IMG/VR virus record: IMGVR_UViG_2596583697_000001 | Span: 32,001 to 96,000 of that record | DNA: 64,000 bases | Origin: a virus | Lineage: Duplodnaviria; Caudoviricetes | Reading direction: 5' to 3' (one strand) | Shown: positions 7,341 through 17,786 of the stretch, piece after piece | Layout: every line of letters begins with the position of its first letter | How positions within the stretch are numbered: position 1 is the stretch's first letter | The notes under the pieces: generated by a model | What the model was told of the DNA's origin: nothing | Databases searched by the model: none | What the model saw: only the letters and a program-made list of their open reading frames with translations | Position numbers and translations under genes: made by a program

Positions 7341-10161
7341 ATAATTTACCTCCGTATCTTTTAAATTTTATATTAAAGATATCAATATCTCCCTCGTTTG
7401 ATTCTTCTATGTATGTGTTTGATGGTGTTAGTTCATACATTATTTCTGTCAAGACATCGTTCTCATAGTTAAATAGCGCATAAAATAATAACTTCGAAAT
7501 ATGTGAATATTTTTTCATGTCTACATATTCTATCAAGGATAGCATCGTATGTTTGTTAATTTTCAATTTACTGATATCGTATACTAATGATTCCCTGTAT
7601 CGATCAGTTAATAGAAACTTTTCAGATGGAGCATAGTATTCTTTCGACCATATAGCATTAATTGAAGAATTAGTAGACTCGCACATTTTCACAATTTTAT
7701 TGAGCTGTTTTTTGTTTACTGAATTTTGACTAAAATCACCAAACCTAAAACACGATGATAATGGAGTAAAATCACTTCCTTTTGTTTTATCCGATCGATA
7801 TCTATTAACTTCTCTTAATAAATAATCCATCGCTGTATGGTGATAGTTATATTTCTTCTTATCAGGGTTACGATATCCCTTGGTCTGAGCTATAAACCCT
7901 ATAAAAGCTGGTTTTATTGCTTTGTTATTAAATGTGCGTCTATCCCACTTGTCTTTTATCGTCTTAAGTTCTCTTACAGAAGAAATATCAAATTCCTTTT
8001 TCGCTTTATCAATTTCAATACACGATAATACGTTTAAAATACAAATATCGTGATAGATCCCTTCAATGTCTTTATAGCATTCGGCTAAAGATTTTCCGGA
8101 TCGATTTATGTAATCCCACATCAAAGTATTTAATTCCTGAGATAAATTGACTATCTCACCGATTTTGTTTTCGCTTGTTTTGTAATCCAAGTCCGCCTTA
8201 TCTGCATTTGTGTAGTGTCTTTGAGATTTCTTAGCGGAGACACGATTGGCTGGAACTTTGAAATACTCGTAGTTCTTTAATGCAGCGTCAATTAATATTT
8301 CATTGTCAGTTACTATCATTTGGTCTGAATCGAAGTCAGCTCCGCTTAATCGTTCTAAGATATTTTCTCCGATAGAGTTAATACAAACAATTTCATCTGT
8401 TAAATTAAAGTATTTATCAATTAGATCATGCTGCATGTTGGTTGATACCAAAATATTCGATGTTGATATATGTGGGCTACGGCAACCTAAGACTTTTTTA
8501 CCATACTTATATCGAGTAGTATGGATATGTCCAGATGGGAGAGAAGTAGTTCCGTCAAATTTCCCGATACTATGGAGTAACATTTCAAATGGATTTCCAA
8601 ATAATACAGAATAATTACCATCAATTAAAATGTGACCTTTTTTAATATTTTTCAAGTAAGCTTTGCATGTTTCCTTTTTAAAATCATAATAATATTTAGT
8701 GTCATAAAATGTATCTGAAAGATTCATCATCGTGTAAATAATATCATTTTTATCTTTAAATACATTGCTCAATTCTTCTCCATCGTCTACCGCACACTTA
8801 ACATGATATTTTAAAACATCACTATCTGTATTTAACAGATTTACATATTCAAGAGACGGCTTTAGCAACGTATGCACATCATCTGATGATAGCTGTAGTG
8901 TATTTAATAATTGGTAATGAGTTTGAACCATCCTGCCATCAAAGAAGTGTGTCTTTTTTTCATGTTTTACTATGCTAAATGTAGGGTCTATATTATTAAG
9001 CCATTGCTCGATAGGAGCAAATTTTATGTATTTTATGCTATTTGGAGTGGTAATAAGTTTTATATCACCAATATCTTTCGCAAGAGTAATATGATCTTTG
9101 TGAAGTTGCGAAATACTGGAGATGTTATTATCTTCAAACCATTTCTGTATATTTGTATTAAAACAGCATGATTTAAAAAATCTATTTCTCAAAAGAACCA
9201 TTCCATATTTTGAATAGTCACCAAGAAGACTGATGTCTATCAAAGATTGTCCATCAAATATTGAGTTGGATATCTCAGCAGTACCTTCTCGCACCGATAT
9301 CTTCTTTTCAGCGTCCATTTCTACGATAATAGAATCTTCAGAAAATGCACTATCGTAATCTGGGATTATTAATATATTTTTAGGATCTATCGTGAGTAAA
9401 TCTATAGCACTGCTGGTCGGCAATGAAATATAAGACTCGAAGGCTGCTAAATCAATCAAATCTCCCTCTTTAATATCAAGTCCACATAAATCCCATTCAT
9501 GAATGTCTGCGTATAATCTTTCGTCTACAAATAGACACTTTCCGACTCTCGATGATCCAGATGTCCTTTTTAAACGAATATAATGTGTGCCATTACAATT
9601 AAATCCACTTTTATATAGGTAATCTCTTAGTTCTTTTTTTGTATATGAGACTTGCACTGTTTTGACGGTATATACTTGATTTCCATACCTATCTTCTTCA
9701 AAATTAAAACCGTCTGGTAGCTCGAAACGGGTGATTTCTCTGGTGGGAGTGAGAGCTACAACTCCTACTATGACACCATCATCTAAGGCAATATTGTCTG
9801 TAAAATGAAGATCGTCAAGTAAGTATCCATCCATAACATATGTATTGGCTTTGACCTTATTAAAATCTTTGCTACTATACTTAAAAGTTACATTTATAAT
9901 TTTATCAGTAAATTCTTTCCCATTGTGTGTAAAAGTGAATGTATCGCTTTTATCGTAAATGCGACTTACAATCTCTCTTATTTTTTCACTATCAAGGCTA
10001 AAATCCAGTGAGTTAATAAACCGATTGAAATTCACATCGCCCTTCTTTGTCAATAATCTATAGCCTATTTTATTTTTCTTTTCGTCTAAAAAATTGTTTG
10101 CAAGGAACAAATCCTTCGCATCAACGCTTGGTATATAAATACAATTTCTTTTTGACTGCAA
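7333..10161 (-). CDS. YonO-like single-subunit RNA polymerase (double-psi beta-barrel, RdRP-like)
   Basis: 942 aa; RTSGSSRVGKCLF, IFDGQS, RSPH and catalytic loop GADFDSD (DxDxD); SPbeta synteny. Confidence 0.85.
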   Translation of the reverse strand: MQSKRNCIYIPSVDAKDLFLANNFLDEKKNKIGYRLLTKKGDVNFNRFINSLDFSLDSEKIREIVSRIYDKSDTFTFTHNGKEFTDKIINVTFKYSSKDFNKVKANTYVMDGYLLDDLHFTDNIALDDGVIVGVVALTPTREITRFELPDGFNFEEDRYGNQVYTVKTVQVSYTKKELRDYLYKSGFNCNGTHYIRLKRTSGSSRVGKCLFVDERLYADIHEWDLCGLDIKEGDLIDLAAFESYISLPTSSAIDLLTIDPKNILIIPDYDSAFSEDSIIVEMDAEKKISVREGTAEISNSIFDGQSLIDISLLGDYSKYGMVLLRNRFFKSCCFNTNIQKWFEDNNISSISQLHKDHITLAKDIGDIKLITTPNSIKYIKFAPIEQWLNNIDPTFSIVKHEKKTHFFDGRMVQTHYQLLNTLQLSSDDVHTLLKPSLEYVNLLNTDSDVLKYHVKCAVDDGEELSNVFKDKNDIIYTMMNLSDTFYDTKYYYDFKKETCKAYLKNIKKGHILIDGNYSVLFGNPFEMLLHSIGKFDGTTSLPSGHIHTTRYKYGKKVLGCRSPHISTSNILVSTNMQHDLIDKYFNLTDEIVCINSIGENILERLSGADFDSDQMIVTDNEILIDAALKNYEYFKVPANRVSAKKSQRHYTNADKADLDYKTSENKIGEIVNLSQELNTLMWDYINRSGKSLAECYKDIEGIYHDICILNVLSCIEIDKAKKEFDISSVRELKTIKDKWDRRTFNNKAIKPAFIGFIAQTKGYRNPDKKKYNYHHTAMDYLLREVNRYRSDKTKGSDFTPLSSCFRFGDFSQNSVNKKQLNKIVKMCESTNSSINAIWSKEYYAPSEKFLLTDRYRESLVYDISKLKINKHTMLSLIEYVDMKKYSHISKLLFYALFNYENDVLTEIMYELTPSNTYIEESNEGDIDIFNIKFKRYGGKLFE

Positions 10162-10163
10162 TA

Positions 10164-11975
10164 TTATTCCTCCATTAATCTAATGTCTCCATACTCACCA
10201 GATGCCAATTTCTTCATCGCTTCAAGCAATATACTTTTAAAATATTCTTCCCCTTCGTAGATTGACATGCTAATCGGGATGAAATTGACCCAACAATATG
10301 TGTCGAATAAAAACAAACGCTTATTAAAGTCACTATTGTTTTCAATTGCCCAATAATGATTGTTAGAAGAGTTAATCGAATCACATAAAGAGTCAATTAT
10401 GTTTTTAATGCGATAAATGTTCTTTATTTTATCTTCAAATCTTTTAAAAATAACCTCACCTAACGAATCAAAATTGTGATCCATGCAATATTCATACATA
10501 TCCAACTCTTTGTATCCACACATCAACCATAATCTTCTAAAATCAGATGATACTCTTAGTTCCAAGTTGCCAAAGCACATTGCGCTCAACCGTTCAATCG
10601 CCTCTTTATATTTTGAATTATTCATAAGTACAGTTTTTATTTGTTCATTTCTCAATTTATCAAGCGCAGAGTTTTTAAAGTCATTATAATACTTTTTTAA
10701 TTTTTCCAGCGAGATCTGATCATATAAACTTGGTTCATATTTTCCAATCTCTTCTTTTATATAAGAATTATGTATATGATCAAAAAAAGTAAAAGTGAAA
10801 TACAATTCACTAAAAGGATAATGAGTAGTAGCCCAATGACTTCTTGGAGTAACAGATTTTATATAATCCAAGCTGGAACACTCGTTAATTATTTCTAGTT
10901 TTTGATGAGCATCATTAACTCTATTCTTCAAGATACCTAATTCGCTGGATAGATCTACTTTAATCAACACCCCACCATATGCTCTAATTTTAACCGATAC
11001 CTTTTCATAACAATTATAATCTAAATATGGAATCCGACTAATCATTTCCACAACATATATTAAAGGAGAAACATGATTGCAATTAACTAGAAATCCTGGT
11101 ATGTCAGTATGCTCATCTTGCAAACACTTCAATGAATCAAAAAAAATTTTATTAATAATTTCTTTAAATTGCTCTTTAAAAGATGTGCATGTCTTATTTT
11201 TTATGTTTTTATAGCACCATACCTGATCATTGTAATCCATTGACTTGAAAGCTGATACTACATCGTCCTCAGCCACTTTGCCATTTTTATATTGACACAA
11301 CATGTTCCAAAACCAATCCAATTTTTCCCATTGTATTTTGTAATTGAGTTTATCCTGTCTTTTCCATTCTGATTTTCTTTTCCCGATAGTATCATCATAA
11401 TCACTTTTTGTATAACTTTTAATAAAGCATTCGCCATCTGAATAAATTACCTTAAATTCCGGGACATCATTATTATGTTTCTGATTTATAAATTCCCTTG
11501 CATTAATTTCAACCACATCGATTCCAAGTTCATCCCAAATAGGAATGTAATGTGCTGATTTCTTACTGGAATATGCAATTTCAAAGAAAAGAGTTTTACC
11601 ATCTTTAGTTTCCACTATAATATCTGGGCGGTAATCACCGAATGAAGTGTGTAATGTTTTTTCAGTCTCGACATTTAATACAGTATAGGTGTGACCATCA
11701 ACCATAAATATACTACCATTTTCAAACAGCCACGTTTTGCAAATATAATGTACGAAACTTTCTTCTGAACAGCCACAGGATTCATGATAGAAGTGTGGTT
11801 GCACCTGATAGTCATTCTCTTTTTTATATGCCCTTGGTTTTACAACACCTTTACAACAGGGGCAGTAGTAAATTACATCTTCTTTGACATCATTAATATG
11901 TATATAGTTTGCAGTATCATCTTTGCTATCTAAAGCAACGATAAGCTGTGGCAAATCGTCATAGTTATTTTTCAA
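10164..11975 (-). CDS. CoiA-like Zn-finger + PD-(D/E)xK nuclease domain protein
   Basis: YYCPCC...HFYH...EESFVH; YRPDIIV...FFEI. Confidence 0.65.
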   Translation of the reverse strand: MKNNYDDLPQLIVALDSKDDTANYIHINDVKEDVIYYCPCCKGVVKPRAYKKENDYQVQPHFYHESCGCSEESFVHYICKTWLFENGSIFMVDGHTYTVLNVETEKTLHTSFGDYRPDIIVETKDGKTLFFEIAYSSKKSAHYIPIWDELGIDVVEINAREFINQKHNNDVPEFKVIYSDGECFIKSYTKSDYDDTIGKRKSEWKRQDKLNYKIQWEKLDWFWNMLCQYKNGKVAEDDVVSAFKSMDYNDQVWCYKNIKNKTCTSFKEQFKEIINKIFFDSLKCLQDEHTDIPGFLVNCNHVSPLIYVVEMISRIPYLDYNCYEKVSVKIRAYGGVLIKVDLSSELGILKNRVNDAHQKLEIINECSSLDYIKSVTPRSHWATTHYPFSELYFTFTFFDHIHNSYIKEEIGKYEPSLYDQISLEKLKKYYNDFKNSALDKLRNEQIKTVLMNNSKYKEAIERLSAMCFGNLELRVSSDFRRLWLMCGYKELDMYEYCMDHNFDSLGEVIFKRFEDKIKNIYRIKNIIDSLCDSINSSNNHYWAIENNSDFNKRLFLFDTYCWVNFIPISMSIYEGEEYFKSILLEAMKKLASGEYGDIRLMEE

Positions 11976-11996
11976 ATAATCCCTCCCTTTGTAACT

Positions 11997-12344
11997 CTAC
12001 GCAATTTCTTTCATCCACTCGATTGTTAATGCAATGCCATTAGAAAAGTCTCTGATATGGGTATCAATAGTTTTCATCTCAATCATCACGCTGACAACTC
12101 TGGAGATATTGCTTTTAATTGTGGATTTAGTGCCACTAACATCTTGAGTATCAATTAGGTGTTTGAATTCCTGTTGTTTTTCATATGGAGTATCTATATA
12201 CTTGCGCAGCTCCAGCTTAACTGTAAATTTATCTCGGTCAGCACGAGATGGTAAAAAAGTTGCAATGATATCGCATACCGGCCTACCTAATGCGTCAGCA
12301 TAATCAAATCTAATAGTTTCTCCCTCGTTTTTGTATGTAAGCAT
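11997..12344 (-). CDS. Hypothetical protein
   Basis: AAGGAGG RBS, 115 aa. Confidence 0.65.
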   Translation of the reverse strand: MLTYKNEGETIRFDYADALGRPVCDIIATFLPSRADRDKFTVKLELRKYIDTPYEKQQEFKHLIDTQDVSGTKSTIKSNISRVVSVMIEMKTIDTHIRDFSNGIALTIEWMKEIA

Positions 12345-12477
12345 TTATAATCCTCCTTATTAGTTATATAGAATTTTCAATAGTGTTTTCGGCGTTTAGT
12401 GGTGCTGTCGATAATTTTACTGGCAAGTATGATTTGAGCCGAAATCAATACTGATTTTGTGAGCTGTATATTACAAA

Positions 12478-12765
12478 TTACATATTGTTTCTCATTTCTC
12501 TGGCACGTCTCATTCTTTCCGCACGTTCTTCTTTTTGCTCATCTGTTAAATTTACTGTTTTTGGTTTCGAAAATTTAATAGCATATTTCAGTGGCATTCT
12601 TACGTAAATAGTACCATCATCATTTTCAGCTATGATTTTTACATCATCTGGGCATTTCTCCGCCAGACTCTTGATTCTTGAAATATACTTTTGATGAGAT
12701 ATGGTGCAGCTACATTTGTCCTGTCCCGTGAGCCACTCGATGCAATTTTCTTTATTTTCTGCCAT
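12478..12765 (-). CDS. Hypothetical phage protein
   Basis: AAGGAG RBS, 95 aa, basic C-terminal helix. Confidence 0.65.
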   Translation of the reverse strand: MAENKENCIEWLTGQDKCSCTISHQKYISRIKSLAEKCPDDVKIIAENDDGTIYVRMPLKYAIKFSKPKTVNLTDEQKEERAERMRRAREMRNNM

Positions 12766-12955
12766 AATTCATAATCTCCTTGTAATATTTATTTTTGATT
12801 CTTATCTCTGCGGCCGTTCTCTCGACAATCCTATGTGGGTTAGGTTTCGATGTATCAAAGTCGCACTCCGAAATAATTCCTGCAAATTCTCTATGTAGTT
12901 CTGATCTTGGCGGCATAGTGTAGCCGCAAGTCGTCATGTTGTAAACTTTCTCCAA
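12752..12955 (-). CDS. Hypothetical protein
   Basis: AAGGAG RBS, overlaps the next gene. Confidence 0.5.
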   Translation of the reverse strand: MEKVYNMTTCGYTMPPRSELHREFAGIISECDFDTSKPNPHRIVERTAAEIRIKNKYYKEIMNYGRK

Positions 12956-13061
12956 TATTTATATCTCCTTTTAGTTTTGATAGAATTTTTTACTGCTGTA
13001 TTTACGTTCTTGCAAAAATTTAATTCCATATTGAATCTCCTTTTCGTAGTCGTAGTTATTA

Positions 13062-14072
13062 CTACACTGCTATTGGCTCCAACTTCTTGTTGGCAACAAC
13101 CATTGAGCACAAATAACCATCATTTTCATATAACTCTTTACATGAAAAGATATTTGAGCCATCTACAATGCCATGAATGTTATCGGATAATTCTTTTCTC
13201 TTTTTCTCAATGTTTCTTTCATTAAACAAAAGATATTCATTGCTGCTCCAGAAATCCTCTTTGGTAACAACGTCATAATCAAAACATAGTTGTTTCACCG
13301 AGAAACCTTCCTCTTTAATGAGTTCTATTGTGTTATGTTTAGCAATATCTTTTAATTCAAACGAAGGCGAATCATTACAAATTGAATCAGTATTAAAGAC
13401 TGGATTGTATTTTGCTATGTAATATAACTCATAAATATTTGTGTCTGCGTGAGTCGGCATTTCTAATAGCTCAATTTTATGAAATTTACCATCCACTCTT
13501 TGCCTAGCTGATGCAGAACATCTTTGTAGTAAATTGGAATTACTTTTACCAACATAAACAATTTTATCTGCCAAGTCATAATCATATATAAAATAGCAAC
13601 CATAGTTGTTAGTTAAATACTTTTTGGGATTTGAATAACAGTACACAGTTCCCGTAGAATTTCTAATTTTTGTCGATAAAACATTAAGCGTAAATGGATA
13701 ATAAATATCACCATTATTAGGCTTCATGCTCAAATATCCACTACGATAGTTCATATTTAAATCTAAACAAGGGAAGAGTTTGTCAAAAGAAACTTCTTTG
13801 TTTTTAAACTTATCAATAATAACAATTGCGTTTTTGACGATACTTACTAAATCTTTTACTTTTCCTTGTTGTGCAAGCGCAATCCAATTTGCAAACGAAT
13901 TATCATATGTTACAGGACATTCAACTATATCTATATATGCGTCGATGAATTCATAAACCTCTTTGAAGTGTCTTAAGTCGCTTACATGATCTGATGATAT
14001 TTCTGAATTTGTATTTTTTAAGATTTTTATTAAATAATTTGATAAATGTCTTCCGTTTTCAAATTTTAACAC
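13062..14072 (-). CDS. GIY-YIG nuclease domain protein
   Basis: GCYFIY...VYVGKS...LLQR...YELYYIAKYNPVFN. Confidence 0.7.
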   Translation of the reverse strand: MLKFENGRHLSNYLIKILKNTNSEISSDHVSDLRHFKEVYEFIDAYIDIVECPVTYDNSFANWIALAQQGKVKDLVSIVKNAIVIIDKFKNKEVSFDKLFPCLDLNMNYRSGYLSMKPNNGDIYYPFTLNVLSTKIRNSTGTVYCYSNPKKYLTNNYGCYFIYDYDLADKIVYVGKSNSNLLQRCSASARQRVDGKFHKIELLEMPTHADTNIYELYYIAKYNPVFNTDSICNDSPSFELKDIAKHNTIELIKEEGFSVKQLCFDYDVVTKEDFWSSNEYLLFNERNIEKKRKELSDNIHGIVDGSNIFSCKELYENDGYLCSMVVANKKLEPIAV

Positions 14073-14076
14073 TCAA

Positions 14077-14886
14077 TCATCCTTTCGCTTCTAAAAATTT
14101 TATTGTTCCTGGTACATTATCTTTTTTATATACCGTCCTTTTGTATATGCGTTCCAATTCAAATAAGCAAGAATCATCTGTTAAATCAGATTTTTTTAAC
14201 GCATAAACATTTCTGGTCGGAATGTATACCCCTTCTTCTTCCGAATCTTCAATAAACATATCGCCTCTTATGTAAATCATACCCATTTCACTTAATGTGT
14301 TTATGGCATTCTCAATAGTGGATACAGAAGATACGCCAACCCCACTCTTTATTTGCTGCTTTGAAGGATATGATATTTTTGAACAATCACTTGTTATGTA
14401 TGAATCTTCCGGTATATATTGCTTGATAAATAAATAAACGCCCACCAGTATTGATTTATTTAAACTAGAAGTGGAAGACGATATTTTTTCATACTCATCA
14501 ATTGTAAGCAGTACAAAATTATCTTTACTAAAAAATATTGGTTTGTCCCTTGATAGGGATATTGTAAAAATGGCAGATGGTGGAATCTTCATAACATCTT
14601 CATCAATCTTTCCAAAACCCTTACTTACAATTTCGTTTTTTATAATTGTTCTGAAATCCTTATATATTGATTGGTTATGGGACTTTGTGGAATATCCACA
14701 TTCGGTTAATAGCTTATTCAATGTTAGAGATATTTCCCCAAAAGTTTCCAGGTGCTTTCTTAAGTACATGATAACAAGATAATACTTCAGTCCAGATATT
14801 CCTTTATGGTGCTTTAATTCTTTTTTTGAAAATCCTACAGCGATATCGGCCTTATCCTCGTCTGATAAAAAAATACAATTCTCTAT
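14077..14886 (-). CDS. Winged-HTH protein, replication-initiator-like; probable ATA start at 14886
   Basis: SYPSKQQIKSGVGVSSVSTIENAINTL wHTH; frame open for 39 codons upstream of ATG 14769 to an ATA 8 nt after GAGGTGAG, with an in-frame TGA just upstream. Confidence 0.55.
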   Translation of the reverse strand: MENCIFLSDEDKADIAVGFSKKELKHHKGISGLKYYLVIMYLRKHLETFGEISLTLNKLLTECGYSTKSHNQSIYKDFRTIIKNEIVSKGFGKIDEDVMKIPPSAIFTISLSRDKPIFFSKDNFVLLTIDEYEKISSSTSSLNKSILVGVYLFIKQYIPEDSYITSDCSKISYPSKQQIKSGVGVSSVSTIENAINTLSEMGMIYIRGDMFIEDSEEEGVYIPTRNVYALKKSDLTDDSCLFELERIYKRTVYKKDNVPGTIKFLEAKG

Positions 14887-14922
14887 ATTTAAAACTCACC
14901 TCTTTTCTATTGTGTAATTACG

Positions 14923-15010
14923 ATGGGGACATTTCCCCATTAAATTCATTGTTCCTGTTAATACAGTGGGGGATTTTACCCATCGTTATTAAAATATAAT
15001 GGGGGAATAT
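14923..15010. repeat. Three ATGGGG-N6-CCCCAT type palindromes (iteron/operator-like)
   Basis: ATGGGG-ACATTT-CCCCAT 14923-40; GTGGGG-GATTTT-ACCCAT 14966-83; half-site ATGGGG at 14999. Confidence 0.55.
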
Positions 15011-15186
15011 GCGATTTTTTTGGGATAAAGTAAAAACTCTAATCATCCTATAAAAATTCTAATAATATAAAAAGATTAATTCATTTCGTTGGTAAACCAA
15101 CTCAATGAGGATTCTTTTTCTCTGGTATTATTTTCTAGTAAGTACCATCTCTACTGTAATAATTCTGCATATGTAAATGTATCCCC

Positions 15187-15474
15187 CTATATAAATTTCA
15201 CTTCTACAGTTTTATATCCCATCATTTTGGCAATCAGATATGTAATGTAGCCATCTGTTAGTGTATTCTTCTTATCAACTACGATGGGAGATAAGAAGTC
15301 ACCGGTACGAATGTAATATGTATACTTTGCTGCTAGGTTATCTACTCTAGGTGGGTGAGATAACATTTTTGGTGGTATAGTGATCTTGGATAGAGGTATT
15401 TCTTTTCTCTGTAAGGTCTGTAATTTCAAATTACTTCTGATATGTAACAGGTTAGTGAATCTAATAATCTTCAT
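15187..15474 (-). CDS. ParB/Srx-like N-terminal domain protein
   Basis: PIVVDKKNTLTDGY motif; AAGGAGG RBS. Confidence 0.6.
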   Translation of the reverse strand: MKIIRFTNLLHIRSNLKLQTLQRKEIPLSKITIPPKMLSHPPRVDNLAAKYTYYIRTGDFLSPIVVDKKNTLTDGYITYLIAKMMGYKTVEVKFI

Positions 15475-15501
15475 TTAAATCCTCCTTGTAGTGTGATTAT
15501 G

Positions 15502-15568
15502 GTTTTCTTTATTTGCTTGTATGAATCATAACACTTACGGATTATGATGTCAATAGTTTTCTTTATTT
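15502..15568 (-). promoter_or_regulatory. SigA promoter flanked by two AAATAAAGAAAAC operators
   Basis: Minus-strand TTGACA (15553-48), 17 nt, TATGAT (15530-25); motif at 15502-14 and 15556-68. Confidence 0.7.
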
Positions 15569-17049
15569 ATTTGTAATTATATTTTCAAACAATTGGTTAG
15601 GGAAATTATTAGTTGTGAAAATGGTGAGTTCGGTAGATATGATAATTTTTTACATTATATAGGAAGCGAATGCTTATCCTGTAATGGTTTGTTGGGTGTG
15701 AGAGTAGTAAGAGATATGTGATCGGAGATATGATTTTTATGAAAACAGAGGTGAGTTCGTAAAGATGCTTATTTTATAAGGGTTTGCTTGCTTCAGAGAG
15801 CGAAAAGTGTTGATTTTAAATTGTCTGTAAATTCAATTTGGCCTTATTTTATAAGTATTCCTTCGAACTCACTGACGAACTCATTTTATGTGATTTCGGA
15901 AATTGTATAGACAATTGGATTGTGTTTATGGCTGAAGTGAAGTTAAGATTTGAAATTTTGATGGTTTTATCGTGTTTGACAAATTGGTTAATTGTATATA
16001 CAATATTGGGTTAATTTTGCGATAAAAGAGGTTGAAATTTTAACTTGATGTGTGAGTAGAACAGATATGTGGTATTCCGACACGTAAAAACAGTCTCAAA
16101 ATGTAAATATACCCCGGTCATGGGTAGTGAAATAATATACAACAAATAGGCATGTCAACCTATGTGTAATAGGGCATAATTACATGTTCAATGTATGCCA
16201 CTTTATATGTCTGCGGTAAACTCTTGTTTAGTGCAATGATAGCAAAAATAGTGCACAGTTAGCAATGACTTAATTTGTGCATGGTGCACAAGTGTTTGAT
16301 GCGTTTGTGTAATTGTATTGAATTGTAGTGATACAATTGGATATTGTCGGATAATTATAATGACTTATGATGGTTAAATGTATCACTATATTAGGTAAAG
16401 GGGCAGTGATTACGATGCCTGACGTGATCTATCATTGAAAGCTTGATGTGGTATTGCAAGTAAGCTGGTAAGGTTCGTTTCAATCAAATACTACAAGTGT
16501 AGTATTAACAAAATATCATTTCATCTTATCACAAATATATGAAATTACTATGTCATACATTTCAGCACTCATATATGAAAATACATTCCATAATTACATA
16601 GTTCATGAAATATAATTACGCCATATACGATGTATGTTAATCGATGCACCTAATCAATTACAAACACCTCACACAATGTCCATATTGCCTATATACACCC
16701 TTCAAACATCATTACCTTAACAACTGTCCATCAATCATATAATATCCCATACAAGGCAAATCAAGCACATTCCATGTGGCAGCATACATTATATACAGTT
16801 ATATCAAATGGCAATGTCCAGACAATCATATCATCATATACCATACAACGCATTTAAACGTTCATATGACGGTTATAACCTCATACCCTAACAACTCTAC
16901 CATAATCCCATTAACCGTCCATATCAGCCGATTAGACGCTTTGTACAGTTATCACAGCGTCAGTCTATATCAATCCAAACACCCATACATTAATCATAGA
17001 AATAACACAACATATCTACAAAATATTTCAAGATTATCCAAAATTCCCC

Positions 17050-17106
17050 TTGACAGTTTCGAAAATACGTTCTATTATTGGATCATGAGTTTCGAACACA
17101 TGTATC
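17050..17106 (+). promoter_or_regulatory. SigA promoter with LexA/DinR-like boxes
   Basis: TTGACA 17050-55, 17 nt, TATTAT 17073-78; CGAAAATACGTTCT (17060-73) and CGAACACATGTATC (17093-106) resemble GAAC-N4-GTTC. Confidence 0.45.
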
Positions 17107-17187
17107 AGTATTGCCGAACATGCACATTATACTTACATAGACTAACCGATAGATTAATCATAATTACCAATACTTGGTGTCATAACG

Positions 17188-17415
17188 TCATTGATCACGT
17201 TTTATAAAGGTTATATCAACATCATAACCAATTGCATTGGCAATAGCTTGCAAAGTATCCAGGGTGATGTTATCACGCCTCATATTAAGTATGTTGCTAA
17301 CTGTAGCCTGAGTAAGTCCGGTTGCCTTTGCTATATCAATTTGTTTTATCTCATCGTCAAGCATTAAATGTTGTAAGTGGTTGATTACCTTATCTAAATT
17401 ATGGTTATATATCAA
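17188..17415 (-). CDS. XRE/Cro-CI family HTH regulator
   Basis: KQIDIAKATGLTQATVSNILN; GAGGAGG RBS. Confidence 0.85.
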   Translation of the reverse strand: MIYNHNLDKVINHLQHLMLDDEIKQIDIAKATGLTQATVSNILNMRRDNITLDTLQAIANAIGYDVDITFIKRDQ

Positions 17416-17546
17416 TTTATTTACCTCCTCAATGGGTAGTAGTATATGATATCACATTGCAATACTTATATGCAATTGTGCATAGTATATAAAATATCTT
17501 ATAATAGTTTGTGCATAAACACAATGATAACAATGCAATAAAACTA

Positions 17547-17575
17547 TTGCAATACTATAATTAGTATGCTATACT
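17547..17575 (+). promoter_or_regulatory. SigA promoter for rightward early transcription, divergent from the XRE gene
   Basis: TTGCAA, 17 nt, extended TGnTATACT; ATTGCAAT palindromes at 17456 and 17546. Confidence 0.55.
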
Positions 17576-17633
17576 TATATCAAGTTAATAAATACGAAAC
17601 ACACAAACAAGTATCACACAAGGAGGTCATACC

Positions 17634-17786
17634 ATGACAAACGAATTCAAACAAGAAATTACTTCTTACATTATATCTCTTGGCGGTAACAACGAGGATA
17701 TAGAGCAAATCATTGATGAGATAATTGAATCAGGCTATACCACAATGGTAGAGGTTAAAGTCCATATTGAAAATTACTACCAATAA
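17634..17786 (+). CDS. Small acidic hypothetical protein (50 aa)
   Basis: AAGGAGG RBS; MTNEFKQEITSYII... Confidence 0.6.
   Translation: MTNEFKQEITSYIISLGGNNEDIEQIIDEIIESGYTTMVEVKVHIENYYQ

Noticed and set aside
16776-17207. 143-aa plus-strand ORF
   Set aside because: No RBS, and its His/Ile/Tyr/Thr-biased composition reflects the A/C-rich non-coding tract
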